A DNA stretch of 64,000 nucleotides from a virus. The notes under the pieces were generated by a model. That model did no database searches. It had not been told where the DNA came from and saw nothing but the letters and a program-made list of their open reading frames with translations. A program made the position numbers and the translations under genes. Positions 49,901-59,331 of the stretch are shown piece by piece. The DNA lies in IMG/VR virus record IMGVR_UViG_3300025592_000986; one strand, written 5' to 3'. Positions within the stretch are counted from its first letter, which is position 1; each line of letters opens with the position of its first letter.

Positions 49901-52900
49901 CCAACAAAGTTGTTTTTTGGCTCCAAAAGATAGTTCCTAAATGAGGGAAAGATACTCGCCTCCTGTCTGATGTTCTTTGAAGGGATTAGCATTATCTTTT
50001 CAAACAAGTCCGAGTCAATCTTGTCAGCTAAATTGAAAACTAAGTCAGGGGCTGGCTCTACATTTGTAACTCTCCCATTATCATCAATAGTGATGACGCC
50101 TGGTTTTTTAATTTTGGTAAAATGATCATCGGCCGGATTTGGTTCTTCGACCTGACGGCGTACAAACTCGTGTTGTGCCATACCAACGTGGTCATATTCT
50201 GGGTCATCTGGATTTAGCGGTCTTTGTGAAGCTTCATAAAATGTCGGGACATATCCAGATAGATCGTTGTCAAACACCATCTCTATGTTTCCAAACACGC
50301 CCTTAGAGGCCAATCCCGCCAGTTTGAGACTGTTTTCGTTCATATATGGGTTAGGCAAGCTTTGAGGCCCTAACTCCGCCACAAGGGCATCCATAGGGTT
50401 CTTTTTGAGCAAACCTCTCATCGCCTCCCTTCTTGCAGATGCGTCGGCAAGCGCTCTTGATATTTCATCCTCAGATGCATTCGCTGACTCTAAGGTTTCT
50501 CTAAGAAGTATATCGCCAGCGCCGATATCATCTGGACATCGAACATCGCCTAACACTATGTCTGGGTTTTGTGAAATCTTGTTTAAAAGGTCATCACTTA
50601 CAAAATCACCAACAGTTTCAAAAATTTCTTGAACGACTCCCGTATCTTGAACGTAATTCTTTAGGTCTGAGCAATCTGATTTTATTACAGTCAATATTAT
50701 GCCTAGAGTGTCTTTGTCCGCGTTGCCGGTTAATAACGAGGATATCTCGTTTGGAGTCAAGGCCAAGGATATGCTTTCAAATATGTTAGCGATATTGGCC
50801 AGCATATTTGTTGGAACCCCAACTCTTTCAAAAGACTTTATTGCAACCGTCGTTATTCTCGCTACTTCGCTGGGGCCTGTGCCCCCGTACACTTGAGAGT
50901 TTGAAATGCTAGGCATCAAGTCTTTTGATAGTTTACCGTTTATGAGATCATTTATCTTTATGTCTCCAACGGCACCTCCAAGAAGATCTGGCGCGTTCTT
51001 CGATAACGTCTTTAAAATATCCCTGATCAACCCACTTAAGAGACTTGTAAGTATATCTGAAATCGCGACCTCTAGATTCTTAACGATAAGTTTAATTGGA
51101 TCAAACGTTGGGAGCTTTGGTATTTCAGGTATTTTAAAATCAAAATCCCATTCCGACAAAACCTCTTCCGCATTCACGTCGGGCAATATTTTAAGATAGT
51201 CTATAAACAGTGCCCAGAAATCGTACCTATCGAAAAACTCAGCAAACAACTCTCCAAGATCTGAGAAGTCCATATCGTAGTTCAGTTTGTCAGTCACAGA
51301 GTAGGCACCTTCAATTGCATTTTTATAAAGCGTATTCTTCGCGTTTAAAAACCCAGGGTCTAAATCAACATTTAAAGATTTGGAAACAAGGTTGATAGGA
51401 CTATTCAACACCTGTCTTACGTCCACGTCTGCTAAATTAAAATCAATCTTCGGCGTAGGGTGATGGTGTTTCAACAGGAATGCGGACGCATTTCCATAAC
51501 TACTGGGGCTTTGAGAGATCGATGTGTTGTTTGATTGAACATTTCTTTGCTTCTTCAACAGTGGTAATTGCATTAAGTAACTGACTGTCGTAGAGTTTGT
51601 AATCGGACTAGAGTTGAGAAAACTTTCAAATCCAGATGTTAAAACACCAGGCACATCGTTTAAAGACACCAGTGCGATTTTCTTTATTTTTGCACCAGCG
51701 AATCCCCCTATGCCCTCACCCGGTCTTATGGTCGGCTCATAAGATATCAATAACGTTCCAGAATTTTCCTTGCTTATTATAAAATCGTTATCTTTTGCCA
51801 ACTTCTTTAGTTTACCAAGAAGTCGAGATAAACGATCGGCCTCCTTGTTCAATGACAAGTTCTCGGGCTTTATTTTAATTCCGGTTTCGGAGAATGACTT
51901 TACCTGTTTGTCGTACGACTTCATCAGTTTAATAGCAGCTTTGACATCCTGTTCAATATCTGAAATCTTGTACGGGATTGTCACCGGAAAAGGCTCGAAG
52001 TCCATCCTTTTCTTTGCAAAATCTGCGGCTTCCTTCGCAGATTCTAGATCCACTAACTCAGATGCAGATTTTATCCCCAAATCGTATTGTTGTCTCAGCA
52101 TTGACAACTCTCTCTCATACTTCTTAAGAAACTTTTTTACAGCCAGAGCATCTCTAGACTTCTGGATTAGAGCGTCCTCATCATAATTGCTTACATCCAA
52201 GCCTAGTGACTTTAACCTAAGCGCAACCTCTTCCAATACTGGGGCAATTTCCTCGTCTATATCCACCAGTTCAGTAAAGGCGGTAGTGCTTGTTATAGGG
52301 GCTCGCGGAATTAAGTCAAACATTTCTGTTCTAACACGAACAAGCGCTTTAAAGGTGGAGCTTGCGCGAGTCTCTGGTATGTATATTTTTTTTACGGCTG
52401 CAAAGATGGGCTGGTCACCTTCTGCAGTGCTTTGGCCAAATAAAACATTGATGGATTTTCCCGACTCATCTGCACCTACCGTTTCAAGAATGTTTAGGTC
52501 GTCGACAGTTAAGACACACCTTGTGTTCTCTAGTGGTCTTTTTTGGTATTTGATTATGGGCAAGAACGCTTTTCCCGCATCTGTAGATAAGTCTACTTCC
52601 CACTGGGTTTCTTTATTATAATATTTGAACATTTCCCTTACGCCGCGAGCAAGGATATCAGTTCCGTTGTTCTTAAGGTACGACTCGATGCTTGTGCCGC
52701 CGAGCTGGCTTCGAGTTACGCCGATTGAAGTAACAACGTAGTAATAATCTGGATCCTTAAACGGCTCGTTGACGACTTCTGACGGTCTCAAGCTTTCTAA
52801 TATATTGTCCGGTTCCAGAATCGCTTCTGGTGTTACTGATTCCAGTTCCCTCAAGACCGGATCAACACAGTCAGCAAGGGTGATCCCCCCCTCTGGTAGC

Positions 52901-53301
52901 GTTACCGATGGTAGTGTGACTACAGTGTGAGGGTCACTGTAAAAGAAATCTGAGGTTAGGGGGCTCAGGCCAGCGACGGACATTGCGCTAAATGTTGCTG
53001 GGCCAAGAGAACCAAGCTCAAAGTCAAATTCAGCAGGAGTATCTAGACTGCTGTTGTCGAGTGGTGACCAGCCCGCAATCTTACTTATAGTATCAACGTT
53101 CTGCCTCTGCCACCTCATAAGGTGGCTTTTCGTGTCCGCGTCAAACAGGGCATTACTGTCAGGCAGTCCAAGAAACTTTTTTAGGACCAAAATATTAGTG
53201 TCTTTGGCTCCCATTGACAGAGGCAAGTGAAAGTTTACACTCGTACCGACGTCTGAAACGAGGAGAAAGTCTTTTTGAGTTAGTAGTTTTTTATTAATCA
53301 T
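46933..53301 (-). CDS. Large hypothetical tail protein (2122 aa) with N-terminal peptidoglycan-binding-like domain
   Basis: LSMGAKDTNILVLKKFLG...LFDADTKSHLMRWQRQN...GSLGPATFSAM resembles PG_binding_1; remainder largely helical. Confidence 0.55.
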   Translation of the reverse strand: MINKKLLTQKDFLLVSDVGTSVNFHLPLSMGAKDTNILVLKKFLGLPDSNALFDADTKSHLMRWQRQNVDTISKIAGWSPLDNSSLDTPAEFDFELGSLGPATFSAMSVAGLSPLTSDFFYSDPHTVVTLPSVTLPEGGITLADCVDPVLRELESVTPEAILEPDNILESLRPSEVVNEPFKDPDYYYVVTSIGVTRSQLGGTSIESYLKNNGTDILARGVREMFKYYNKETQWEVDLSTDAGKAFLPIIKYQKRPLENTRCVLTVDDLNILETVGADESGKSINVLFGQSTAEGDQPIFAAVKKIYIPETRASSTFKALVRVRTEMFDLIPRAPITSTTAFTELVDIDEEIAPVLEEVALRLKSLGLDVSNYDEDALIQKSRDALAVKKFLKKYERELSMLRQQYDLGIKSASELVDLESAKEAADFAKKRMDFEPFPVTIPYKISDIEQDVKAAIKLMKSYDKQVKSFSETGIKIKPENLSLNKEADRLSRLLGKLKKLAKDNDFIISKENSGTLLISYEPTIRPGEGIGGFAGAKIKKIALVSLNDVPGVLTSGFESFLNSSPITNSTTVSYLMQLPLLKKQRNVQSNNTSISQSPSSYGNASAFLLKHHHPTPKIDFNLADVDVRQVLNSPINLVSKSLNVDLDPGFLNAKNTLYKNAIEGAYSVTDKLNYDMDFSDLGELFAEFFDRYDFWALFIDYLKILPDVNAEEVLSEWDFDFKIPEIPKLPTFDPIKLIVKNLEVAISDILTSLLSGLIRDILKTLSKNAPDLLGGAVGDIKINDLINGKLSKDLMPSISNSQVYGGTGPSEVARITTVAIKSFERVGVPTNMLANIANIFESISLALTPNEISSLLTGNADKDTLGIILTVIKSDCSDLKNYVQDTGVVQEIFETVGDFVSDDLLNKISQNPDIVLGDVRCPDDIGAGDILLRETLESANASEDEISRALADASARREAMRGLLKKNPMDALVAELGPQSLPNPYMNENSLKLAGLASKGVFGNIEMVFDNDLSGYVPTFYEASQRPLNPDDPEYDHVGMAQHEFVRRQVEEPNPADDHFTKIKKPGVITIDDNGRVTNVEPAPDLVFNLADKIDSDLFEKIMLIPSKNIRQEASIFPSFRNYLLEPKNNFVGITSGPYPKFTGIEFTGLLELAFDLAGTYDLEKQGPQLQYRINSTTKFPQDNLEQFTDSVVDNRVKDQFNCQIVDQFFVHTPEDCFQVDRPARVFESELRQMQTFNYHEEMSEQLRDLRLSAPDMQNTDTKKLLRPEAFAQFVRNSLEKSVEESKINRLYFRDLAENRYFTEPMLKNWNTDSILWKAISYGDTDESSYELSHFTMLSQNFMDKIAESVSTSRYFNVGQISELSTRISEKYFEDVRSDKVCLIKNKDRPIDFEKIRQQAMEDYKDSLSREENNPINRDFSKPGPLEESFSDQLVFLYIRTFVIEFILKGIFLFSRFRPSQILGQDFIVQYLYDYMETTLERDFQNSQQYKINFYDRVKKIANQSDNKDALVSVIAKLMQDVQQEVITMAEDLFEPEFSSYKEEFFSQLIDQYESSKSVLSRSQIFGDSRPNSLYLDYSSYPTLGRQNPHGQFRVEQYFYVKPPQNDPNYLAKAIDALYYALATANGQRDSSENRYRLYAKRQDGQRDNRLVNPDLHFALSRRMTLGEYEQLLEVLNTPVAPDFINNESGTSFQNALHYVLENTVVGLRLIYIPGYETFQLTAPVFTNFDEYQGDIGIFGSTSSKEVVIGEGGGSIPINLSNYSQYLSSMKLGPVRVDQFEHFVFELAKVENLVDCMGNFAIYTNSRIQPRETAENVFNSYEDTLINSLLGLKDGKIISEDYNSDVKMLFEEIFPLNRMAALYFINEENFFDSKRGFRDFLGGTRGSIRSMYRILQNKKSIGSGDEGLISGDEYPAVMKGNQGASGPFGNVAEALLGDLVPQIAKMVVMAPIIAIKGQAALVDPAFAQMKKIYDRDPCKLRDGLSWGSIKSPPYLSSNSSRSFTSGYLNTDDNTVAPLTLAAPVDISLSVLQIISGIFPPNAGKVRRGVASLLKSVNHTVNSVSQRSGNAYGPFLGPVGFLALSLPHLPGEEPGRRQKQANCTVEGANPAGLPVEICEEEE

Positions 53302-53315
53302 AGTCTACAAAAAAT

Positions 53316-54926
53316 TCAATTTACGTTGTTGAATTTACTCCTTATCGAGCGTGCTGAGCCTTGTCTTAAATATTTCCATTTAAAAGAATTTATGTTCCAT
53401 TTCATTGCAGAATTAGAAAAGGTCTCCACACTTACAAATTCAATAAGCGATGCGACGCACTGTGGTCCTCCGTTTGGAGATGGTAACGTCGGGACACCGT
53501 AAAACGGAGAAGGGTGAACGTGAGTGGACAGCGCTACGTCAAGTTGGGCTACGTTATTTACAGTAGTCTGCAGCGCTCCAACCAAAGAATCAACGATGTT
53601 GGCAAGATCGTTGATGCATTCTGCAGTGTTGTCGCCAAGTGTCATTGGCTGGAGGTTTTTGTCATCGTTGTTTGCTATGATGTCGACGCCGCGTATCTTC
53701 TTAATTCTACCACCCTGCGAATTCATCTTATCCGTTTTAGTGACGAGTTTTATACCCTCGTTGGCCACCAACCTCACTGAATCTGCCTTTATGCCCACTG
53801 CCGATCTCGCCTCGCTACTTCCAATCGTGCCTTCAACTATATTAAAGTAGGAATCGATATCAGACTTTTGAGAAATGTATATTCTAGCTGCATCAACAAG
53901 GGTACCATATTCAGTTTCCACAGGCACAAACATCGGTGAAACTTCTAGAGGTGAGTCTTTGTCGTCTACTGCTCTAGGGCTCGGTGACATTCGACCGCAT
54001 ACTATGTCTATTGCTGCTGCTTGGGAATTGCCCTTACCACCGTAACCAGATGTCAATACAGAGTTCCTGTCCCTAGTCAATACTATTGAAGCATTGTTGC
54101 TATTTGATATTATCTTATCTCCCTTGAACGGTTTGAAATTTGGCACCGGCTCGGCCATATGATCGCCGGCGACCCCCTTTCTTCCGTCAGAAGCGTCTTT
54201 AGCTCCGACTGAGCCTTGTTTTGAAAAACCAGGCATACCGGTCAAATCAATCAAGGGTTTAGTGCTGGGTAATATACCAGTAGCCCGATTGAGAAGACGG
54301 CCATAAGTGGCATTAATCGTAGAGTCTATCGAATGTCTGGACAGCGCCTCTTGGTTTAGATCTAAATCTGCTTCAATGTCTGTCGGTATCAGGCTGTCTG
54401 CAGTGTCCGGTGCTCGGGTTGAGTATTCTACACCACTGATAGTAGATATCGATCCATCTAACCCCTGCCGCAATTGAACCGTCTCCGTATCCGAACACTC
54501 TTCTTCGGTGTCAGGACGCTGGTTGGCGACACCTGAAAGTCCAGATTGTTTAATGAACTCATTATACCCTTGCAGAGATAGTCGGATCTCTGCTGGCGAG
54601 GCAACCGAGAGAGTGTTTTGCTGAACATATTCTTCGAATGTGACTATTGAAGATGACGCTGATGGATTAAATGTTGTGCTCTTTTCTCTTAATTTCCCGC
54701 TGGAGTTGAACTTATTTTTGGTTATGTTTCCTGAAAACCCCTGAGTTGATATATCGATATTCAAGTATTTCGAATTTATCCAGTCGTAGGCCTCGCGTAA
54801 GGTCTCTTCGGACGGCTTCCTCTGTATCTCGTAAGTCTCAAATACCGCTCCGGTGTGTCGCCCCAAGATGCGGACCAACACAGACTCGTAATTGTTGTTC
54901 TCAATGTGTGCTCTAACCGTAAGCAT
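53316..54926 (-). CDS. Baseplate hub/central spike-like protein (gp5/gpV-like C-terminus)
   Basis: Beta-strand repeats IKADSVRLVANEGIKLVT and HVH metal-tip motif; near gp25/gp6. Confidence 0.5.
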   Translation of the reverse strand: MLTVRAHIENNNYESVLVRILGRHTGAVFETYEIQRKPSEETLREAYDWINSKYLNIDISTQGFSGNITKNKFNSSGKLREKSTTFNPSASSSIVTFEEYVQQNTLSVASPAEIRLSLQGYNEFIKQSGLSGVANQRPDTEEECSDTETVQLRQGLDGSISTISGVEYSTRAPDTADSLIPTDIEADLDLNQEALSRHSIDSTINATYGRLLNRATGILPSTKPLIDLTGMPGFSKQGSVGAKDASDGRKGVAGDHMAEPVPNFKPFKGDKIISNSNNASIVLTRDRNSVLTSGYGGKGNSQAAAIDIVCGRMSPSPRAVDDKDSPLEVSPMFVPVETEYGTLVDAARIYISQKSDIDSYFNIVEGTIGSSEARSAVGIKADSVRLVANEGIKLVTKTDKMNSQGGRIKKIRGVDIIANNDDKNLQPMTLGDNTAECINDLANIVDSLVGALQTTVNNVAQLDVALSTHVHPSPFYGVPTLPSPNGGPQCVASLIEFVSVETFSNSAMKWNINSFKWKYLRQGSARSIRSKFNNVN

Positions 54927-54943
54927 TTAGTTTATCACCATTC

Positions 54944-56623
54944 TCAAAAAAAGTTTATTCCATATATGACATCCTTCATTTCTTGAAGGGATCTGTTCAT
55001 TCTTCGTCGTCCTCCGCCAAGCTTAGATTGGATAGTTTTTCCGCTAGCGAAGTAGTTCCTGGTGTATCCGAATCCGTAAACTTTTAAAAACTCGTCTGCA
55101 AAGTTAGATTTTCGTCGCACCAAATCTTTTGTAAACTGGTAGTGCCACCACTCAGCTTGCTGTTTTGGATCACCGTAACCCTTCACTAGCCGACCACCTT
55201 CGCTCAATGCGCCGCCATAAAATTGAAGCGGATTTCTGGTTCCTGGGAAGCCTTTTAAGGATCCTATTCTGCTAAACCCGTAAAGTTCTAAATAGTGTGT
55301 CATGTCTACAAACGGACCTTCGACATACTCCAGGTAGTGACCCCCACGAGTATTACTTGGAATCCAAGCAAGTATACGTTTGTTTGGAACTGCAGGGGTG
55401 GAAGGTGCCCCAGGGTTCAAAAAGTCTGAAAAAGCTTGTCTTACTCCAGCCCTAGCGTAAAATCTAAATTTACCAGAATTGCCAGGTTCAGGGGACGCTA
55501 TGTACAAAACCTGATTATCTTGATAATTTCCCTTGTGTTCTATCAATAGATTTGTATTAAAATCAATCGCTCTGCCCAAAGTGTGCAAACTAGTGCTGCC
55601 AGGCCTACCCCCGCCGCGCTGCACAAGTCCGCCTGACGTACAAATTGGGACGCCAAGTTCGCGTGGTACCTTCATTGCCTTTTGAAATTGAGCTTCAATA
55701 TCAGCCCTTAATTTGTTCGTCTCTGGCTTTCGATTTGCTTTTGATGGTTTGAAGTAGTATCTGTTAGTTTTCGGATTGACTCCTCTTTTGACGTCAGCTA
55801 TATATGCAGGTGGCAAAGGGATCCCCTCTGGGATCGGATCTGTTTTAAAACTTTTGGAGCCAGGGATTGGACCGATAGAAGCGAAGTCTTCCATATTGAA
55901 CATTGTTGCAGGAGTGATTCGGGCGGAGCCACCGACAAAAGCACCCGACGGTGAGGGTACACTAGGTCCTCCTGGACCACCTGACCCTCCTCCACCAGAG
56001 GCTGGTCCTTGGGACGTTTCACCTACCAATCCTTTGAAGACACCGTATCTGTGTTCATCTCTGTCCAGAAACTCAACGCGAGCAGTTTTGCCGACGGCGG
56101 CAGTTAACACATCCCCGAAATCACTAGAAACAGGATTTAGTATGGAGTAAAATCTTGGATAGTTTATTATCTTTGCGTAGTCTATTTCATTTGGGGAGCC
56201 CCCAGATGATAGGGCGCTTGGAATTTCATTAGAGGTCGCAGTTCCGCCAGCGGGGATACAATAGAATACGTATACTAGTCCGTCGCCGGACTCGAACTCT
56301 TGTTTTTGTTCCTCTGTTAGCATTTCCTTTAGTTCGTTTATGGTCTCTATATCCGGGCAAGAGGCTGGGTCTTTCTTTTCTACGTGTATTATTCTGGCAA
56401 CACGTTCGCCGGTGACACCATCATCAATTCTTAAAGGGGTAGAGTTCCTAGACAAGTCTTGAAACAATAAAGAAAACATATCCACACCGTTAGCTAGGCC
56501 GGGTGCGGGATCTAGACCATATTTGGCGTCAAACGTGCTAAACCTTCTACCGGAAAGACCTGCATCTGGGTTGGCTATAAGCTTGAGTTCTTCAATCTCT
56601 TTTTCAGTGAGAGCCAAAATCAA
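54944..56623 (-). CDS. Virion-associated peptidoglycan hydrolase with M15 peptidase domain
   Basis: SLHTLGRAIDF (SxHxxGxAxD) and EWWHYQF (ExWH) zinc motifs after a Gly/Pro linker. Confidence 0.75.
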   Translation of the reverse strand: MILALTEKEIEELKLIANPDAGLSGRRFSTFDAKYGLDPAPGLANGVDMFSLLFQDLSRNSTPLRIDDGVTGERVARIIHVEKKDPASCPDIETINELKEMLTEEQKQEFESGDGLVYVFYCIPAGGTATSNEIPSALSSGGSPNEIDYAKIINYPRFYSILNPVSSDFGDVLTAAVGKTARVEFLDRDEHRYGVFKGLVGETSQGPASGGGGSGGPGGPSVPSPSGAFVGGSARITPATMFNMEDFASIGPIPGSKSFKTDPIPEGIPLPPAYIADVKRGVNPKTNRYYFKPSKANRKPETNKLRADIEAQFQKAMKVPRELGVPICTSGGLVQRGGGRPGSTSLHTLGRAIDFNTNLLIEHKGNYQDNQVLYIASPEPGNSGKFRFYARAGVRQAFSDFLNPGAPSTPAVPNKRILAWIPSNTRGGHYLEYVEGPFVDMTHYLELYGFSRIGSLKGFPGTRNPLQFYGGALSEGGRLVKGYGDPKQQAEWWHYQFTKDLVRRKSNFADEFLKVYGFGYTRNYFASGKTIQSKLGGGRRRMNRSLQEMKDVIYGINFF

Positions 56624-56919
56624 TCCTCCGCTTCGTCGTCGTCCAATTGTATTAGATCGAAGAGTTCATCCTTCTCCTTATCAGTAATACCTTCGTGTCT
56701 AGATACCTGCTTTTGTAAAATCGCTGTCAACTTAACAAGCTGCTCGTTGGACCTTTGCAGGGTTTCTACGTATTTGGCCGCTATCATTCCCACCTTCTCG
56801 TGACGCTCTTCAGTGACCATCATATATTTCATAAGATTGGTTAAGAGCGTCTTGGTCGCTGCGCGATCATCTTTAATATTCTTAATAGAATTTGCTATAA
56901 AAGTTTCTAAGTCATTCAT
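56620..56919 (-). CDS. Hypothetical protein
   Basis: 99-aa helical ORF; GTCTAATTAT motif at 56927-56936 just upstream. Confidence 0.65.
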   Translation of the reverse strand: MNDLETFIANSIKNIKDDRAATKTLLTNLMKYMMVTEERHEKVGMIAAKYVETLQRSNEQLVKLTAILQKQVSRHEGITDKEKDELFDLIQLDDDEAED

Positions 56920-56946
56920 CGTACTAATAATTAGACAAGATAGAAA

Positions 56947-57648
56947 TTATATCCTATCATAGTCCCCTCGATCCCATCTCGTCTTAAAGATTCTATACTT
57001 GTCCCTAAGTTTATTGAGATTGTTAACGACTTGTTTGGTGTTCAACCCTGTTAATTCTCTAAGATAAAGATATACAGCTTTCTTGTTGAATATCTCAATC
57101 TGTTCAGCACTATTCAGCAAGATCTTTATAGCCTCTACTACTTTTTTCTCGTTCTCTTTTAAATTAACAGAATCCCACCTGTCGATCTCTGTCATGAGTG
57201 AGTGCCAGAACTCCTGCTGCTCTCTTCTCTCGATATAATAGTTACGGTCTTCAATTAGAGTTTCGTGATTCGCCTCTTGTATCACCTCATCATAGCTTAT
57301 TTCTTTTTTATTTCTGCTTGAGTTCTTCTTTATCTTGTGAATAAACCAATGCTTTGTTATAACAGAAAAGTAAGAAAACGCCTTGGAGCCTTTGTCTGGA
57401 TTATATTTGTCTAGAACAGTAGTTAGCCAAACCTTGCACTCTTCCTTCAACGGATCTATGTTTGGCAGGTTAGTAAATTTATAAGTGTAGATGATCTTCT
57501 CAACCATTTCACTGAACGCAGGTTGGATGAACTCGATATAGAGTTGCGACCTCGTAGAAAGATCATTTGCCTCATTGTATTGGATTATGGCATTTTCGTG
57601 ATCCTTGGTGAAATAATGGTTTTTAGTTTTAGCTTTCCTCTTCTTCAA
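56947..57648 (-). CDS. Phage sigma factor (gp55/late sigma-like)
   Basis: YFTKDHENAI..LDKYNPDKGSKAFSYFSVITKH, a region-2-like motif of gp55-type sigmas. Confidence 0.7.
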   Translation of the reverse strand: MKKRKAKTKNHYFTKDHENAIIQYNEANDLSTRSQLYIEFIQPAFSEMVEKIIYTYKFTNLPNIDPLKEECKVWLTTVLDKYNPDKGSKAFSYFSVITKHWFIHKIKKNSSRNKKEISYDEVIQEANHETLIEDRNYYIERREQQEFWHSLMTEIDRWDSVNLKENEKKVVEAIKILLNSAEQIEIFNKKAVYLYLRELTGLNTKQVVNNLNKLRDKYRIFKTRWDRGDYDRI

Positions 57649-57937
57649 GTTCCTCTTCCTCCGTTAAGGACTCTAAAGAAAATATGCTTTCAAATTCTTG
57701 CAAGTCGACTATTATGTCTTTTGTTTGTTCCATTAGAGTCTGAAGTGACTGGTCTCCATAATACATCTCTGATTCGTGCATAGCCTGCACCGACGCTAGG
57801 AAAGATTCAAAAGTCTCCTTCAACATATCGGTGTTAGTGCTCGCGATCATTAACCTCTTGGCCACTTTTGCTGCGTAGTATATCAAAATAATATTAAGAG
57901 TTATTGAAACTGCTAAGAACAGATACTCCATAGTCAC
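57629..57937 (-). CDS. Hypothetical membrane-anchored protein
   Basis: N-terminal TM, acidic C-terminus. Confidence 0.65.
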   Translation of the reverse strand: MTMEYLFLAVSITLNIILIYYAAKVAKRLMIASTNTDMLKETFESFLASVQAMHESEMYYGDQSLQTLMEQTKDIIVDLQEFESIFSLESLTEEEELEEEES

Positions 57938-58188
57938 ATCTCCTTCTTCTTGATAGTTTTCTTTTCCTGTCGAATTTCTCTTTTGGCGTCTTTAATAAAG
58001 TTCTCCACCACATCTCCGACCTTGGCCGTCACAACAGGTACGGTAAGTTTACTAACCAACATAGATGGAATCTTTTCGATTGTATCGACTTGCTCACACA
58101 AAGAACAGACTTCTAGTGCCTCACTCATTAAGTGAAAAGCTTCAAAAACACCCTCACAGCATTGACACTTATAGGTATAAATGGGCAC
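57934..58188 (-). CDS. FmdB-family zinc ribbon protein
   Basis: MPIYTYKCQCC..FE...CSLC. Confidence 0.8.
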   Translation of the reverse strand: MPIYTYKCQCCEGVFEAFHLMSEALEVCSLCEQVDTIEKIPSMLVSKLTVPVVTAKVGDVVENFIKDAKREIRQEKKTIKKKEM

Positions 58189-58391
58189 TAATCACTACCC
58201 GAGGTTGCTTTGGTTTCCGAAAGGTACTCTTCGGGTACTTCAAAGGTTGGTGGGTTGACAACTTGAAGCTCTTCGTCGTCAGAGACCGAAAAGTCGAATG
58301 ACTTTAAAATTGGAACGATGTCCGTCTCTGATAAGATGCTTTTTTGCAAGGCCATCATGACTGCACCTAGCGCTTGGTTTGAAAGTTTCAT
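58188..58391 (-). CDS. Hypothetical protein
   Basis: 67 aa, translationally coupled on both sides. Confidence 0.65.
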   Translation of the reverse strand: MKLSNQALGAVMMALQKSILSETDIVPILKSFDFSVSDDEELQVVNPPTFEVPEEYLSETKATSGSD

Positions 58392-58933
58392 TAGTCTTCT
58401 CCTATGTTTTTCAGAATGAAATTGACTAAATTGTCAACGGATTCATCTACTGTCTGGTTCATTGTGTTGATCACGAGGTCTGGGCTCCTTGGTTCTTCGA
58501 AAGGGTCCGATATTCCCGTAAAATTGTTTATTCTGTTTGGGTCGCCGATGGGAAGAAGTGCCTTGGCGTACAGTCCTTTCGGGTCTCTTTCGATCAGCTT
58601 CTCGATATCGCATTCGACATACACCGTTCTCGCGAGGCTGTTCTGCTGGGTAACCTCTTTGCGAACATTGTCATATGGATTGATCGCAGACATGATGCAG
58701 ATTACATTGTTTCTGGATAACACTTTTCCTACAAAAGATAGTCTTCTAATGTTTGTGTTCCTGTCCTCTTTTGAGAAACCTAGGTCCTTGCACAAACCTT
58801 CTCTATATTCGTCGCCATCAATAATTTCTACATTATGGCCCATCTCTTTTAACCTACTAACCGCCTTGAATCCCATTGTAGATTTCCCAGCGCCGGACAT
58901 ACCCGTCATTTGAACAAAAATACCACTCATCAC
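58391..58933 (-). CDS. cysC: Adenylyl-sulfate (APS) kinase
   Basis: TGMSGAGKST, IDGDEYR, LGFSKEDRNTNIRR, RDPKGLYAKA, NFTGISDPFEEP. Confidence 0.95.
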   Translation of the reverse strand: MMSGIFVQMTGMSGAGKSTMGFKAVSRLKEMGHNVEIIDGDEYREGLCKDLGFSKEDRNTNIRRLSFVGKVLSRNNVICIMSAINPYDNVRKEVTQQNSLARTVYVECDIEKLIERDPKGLYAKALLPIGDPNRINNFTGISDPFEEPRSPDLVINTMNQTVDESVDNLVNFILKNIGED

Positions 58934-59331
58934 ATATCCCCTAAATACTTAACAACCAAATTATGAATTGAAGAATCTACATTGTCTTTCCAAGAATCGT
59001 TACCAATTCTAACGCCTTCTCGTATGCTTGTTGCAGATATAAAACCAATGTTCTGCGGAGGGACGTGCTCGTTAAGTTGGTACCCAACGCCGCGTCCCCA
59101 ATTGACACTTTCAATGTCTGGGATGGTAACAACTTCAACATCGTTATCTTTGTAGACTTTTTTGATCATCTCTACTGTCTGCTGGGTTGTAAACGGGTTT
59201 TTTTCATCTGGTGGTATATCTCTCACTGCGATGAGGATCGGTTTGTTTTGAGATAACTTTTCATTAATCAGCCACTTGTGTCCGTTGTGAAATGGTTGCC
59301 ATCTGCCTATAAACATTGCTCTTTTATCCAT
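58930..59331 (-). CDS. Small HxGH-superfamily (cytidylyltransferase-like) nucleotidyltransferase
   Basis: FIGRWQPFHNGH, NPF and ISATSIRE motifs. Confidence 0.85.
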   Translation of the reverse strand: MDKRAMFIGRWQPFHNGHKWLINEKLSQNKPILIAVRDIPPDEKNPFTTQQTVEMIKKVYKDNDVEVVTIPDIESVNWGRGVGYQLNEHVPPQNIGFISATSIREGVRIGNDSWKDNVDSSIHNLVVKYLGDM

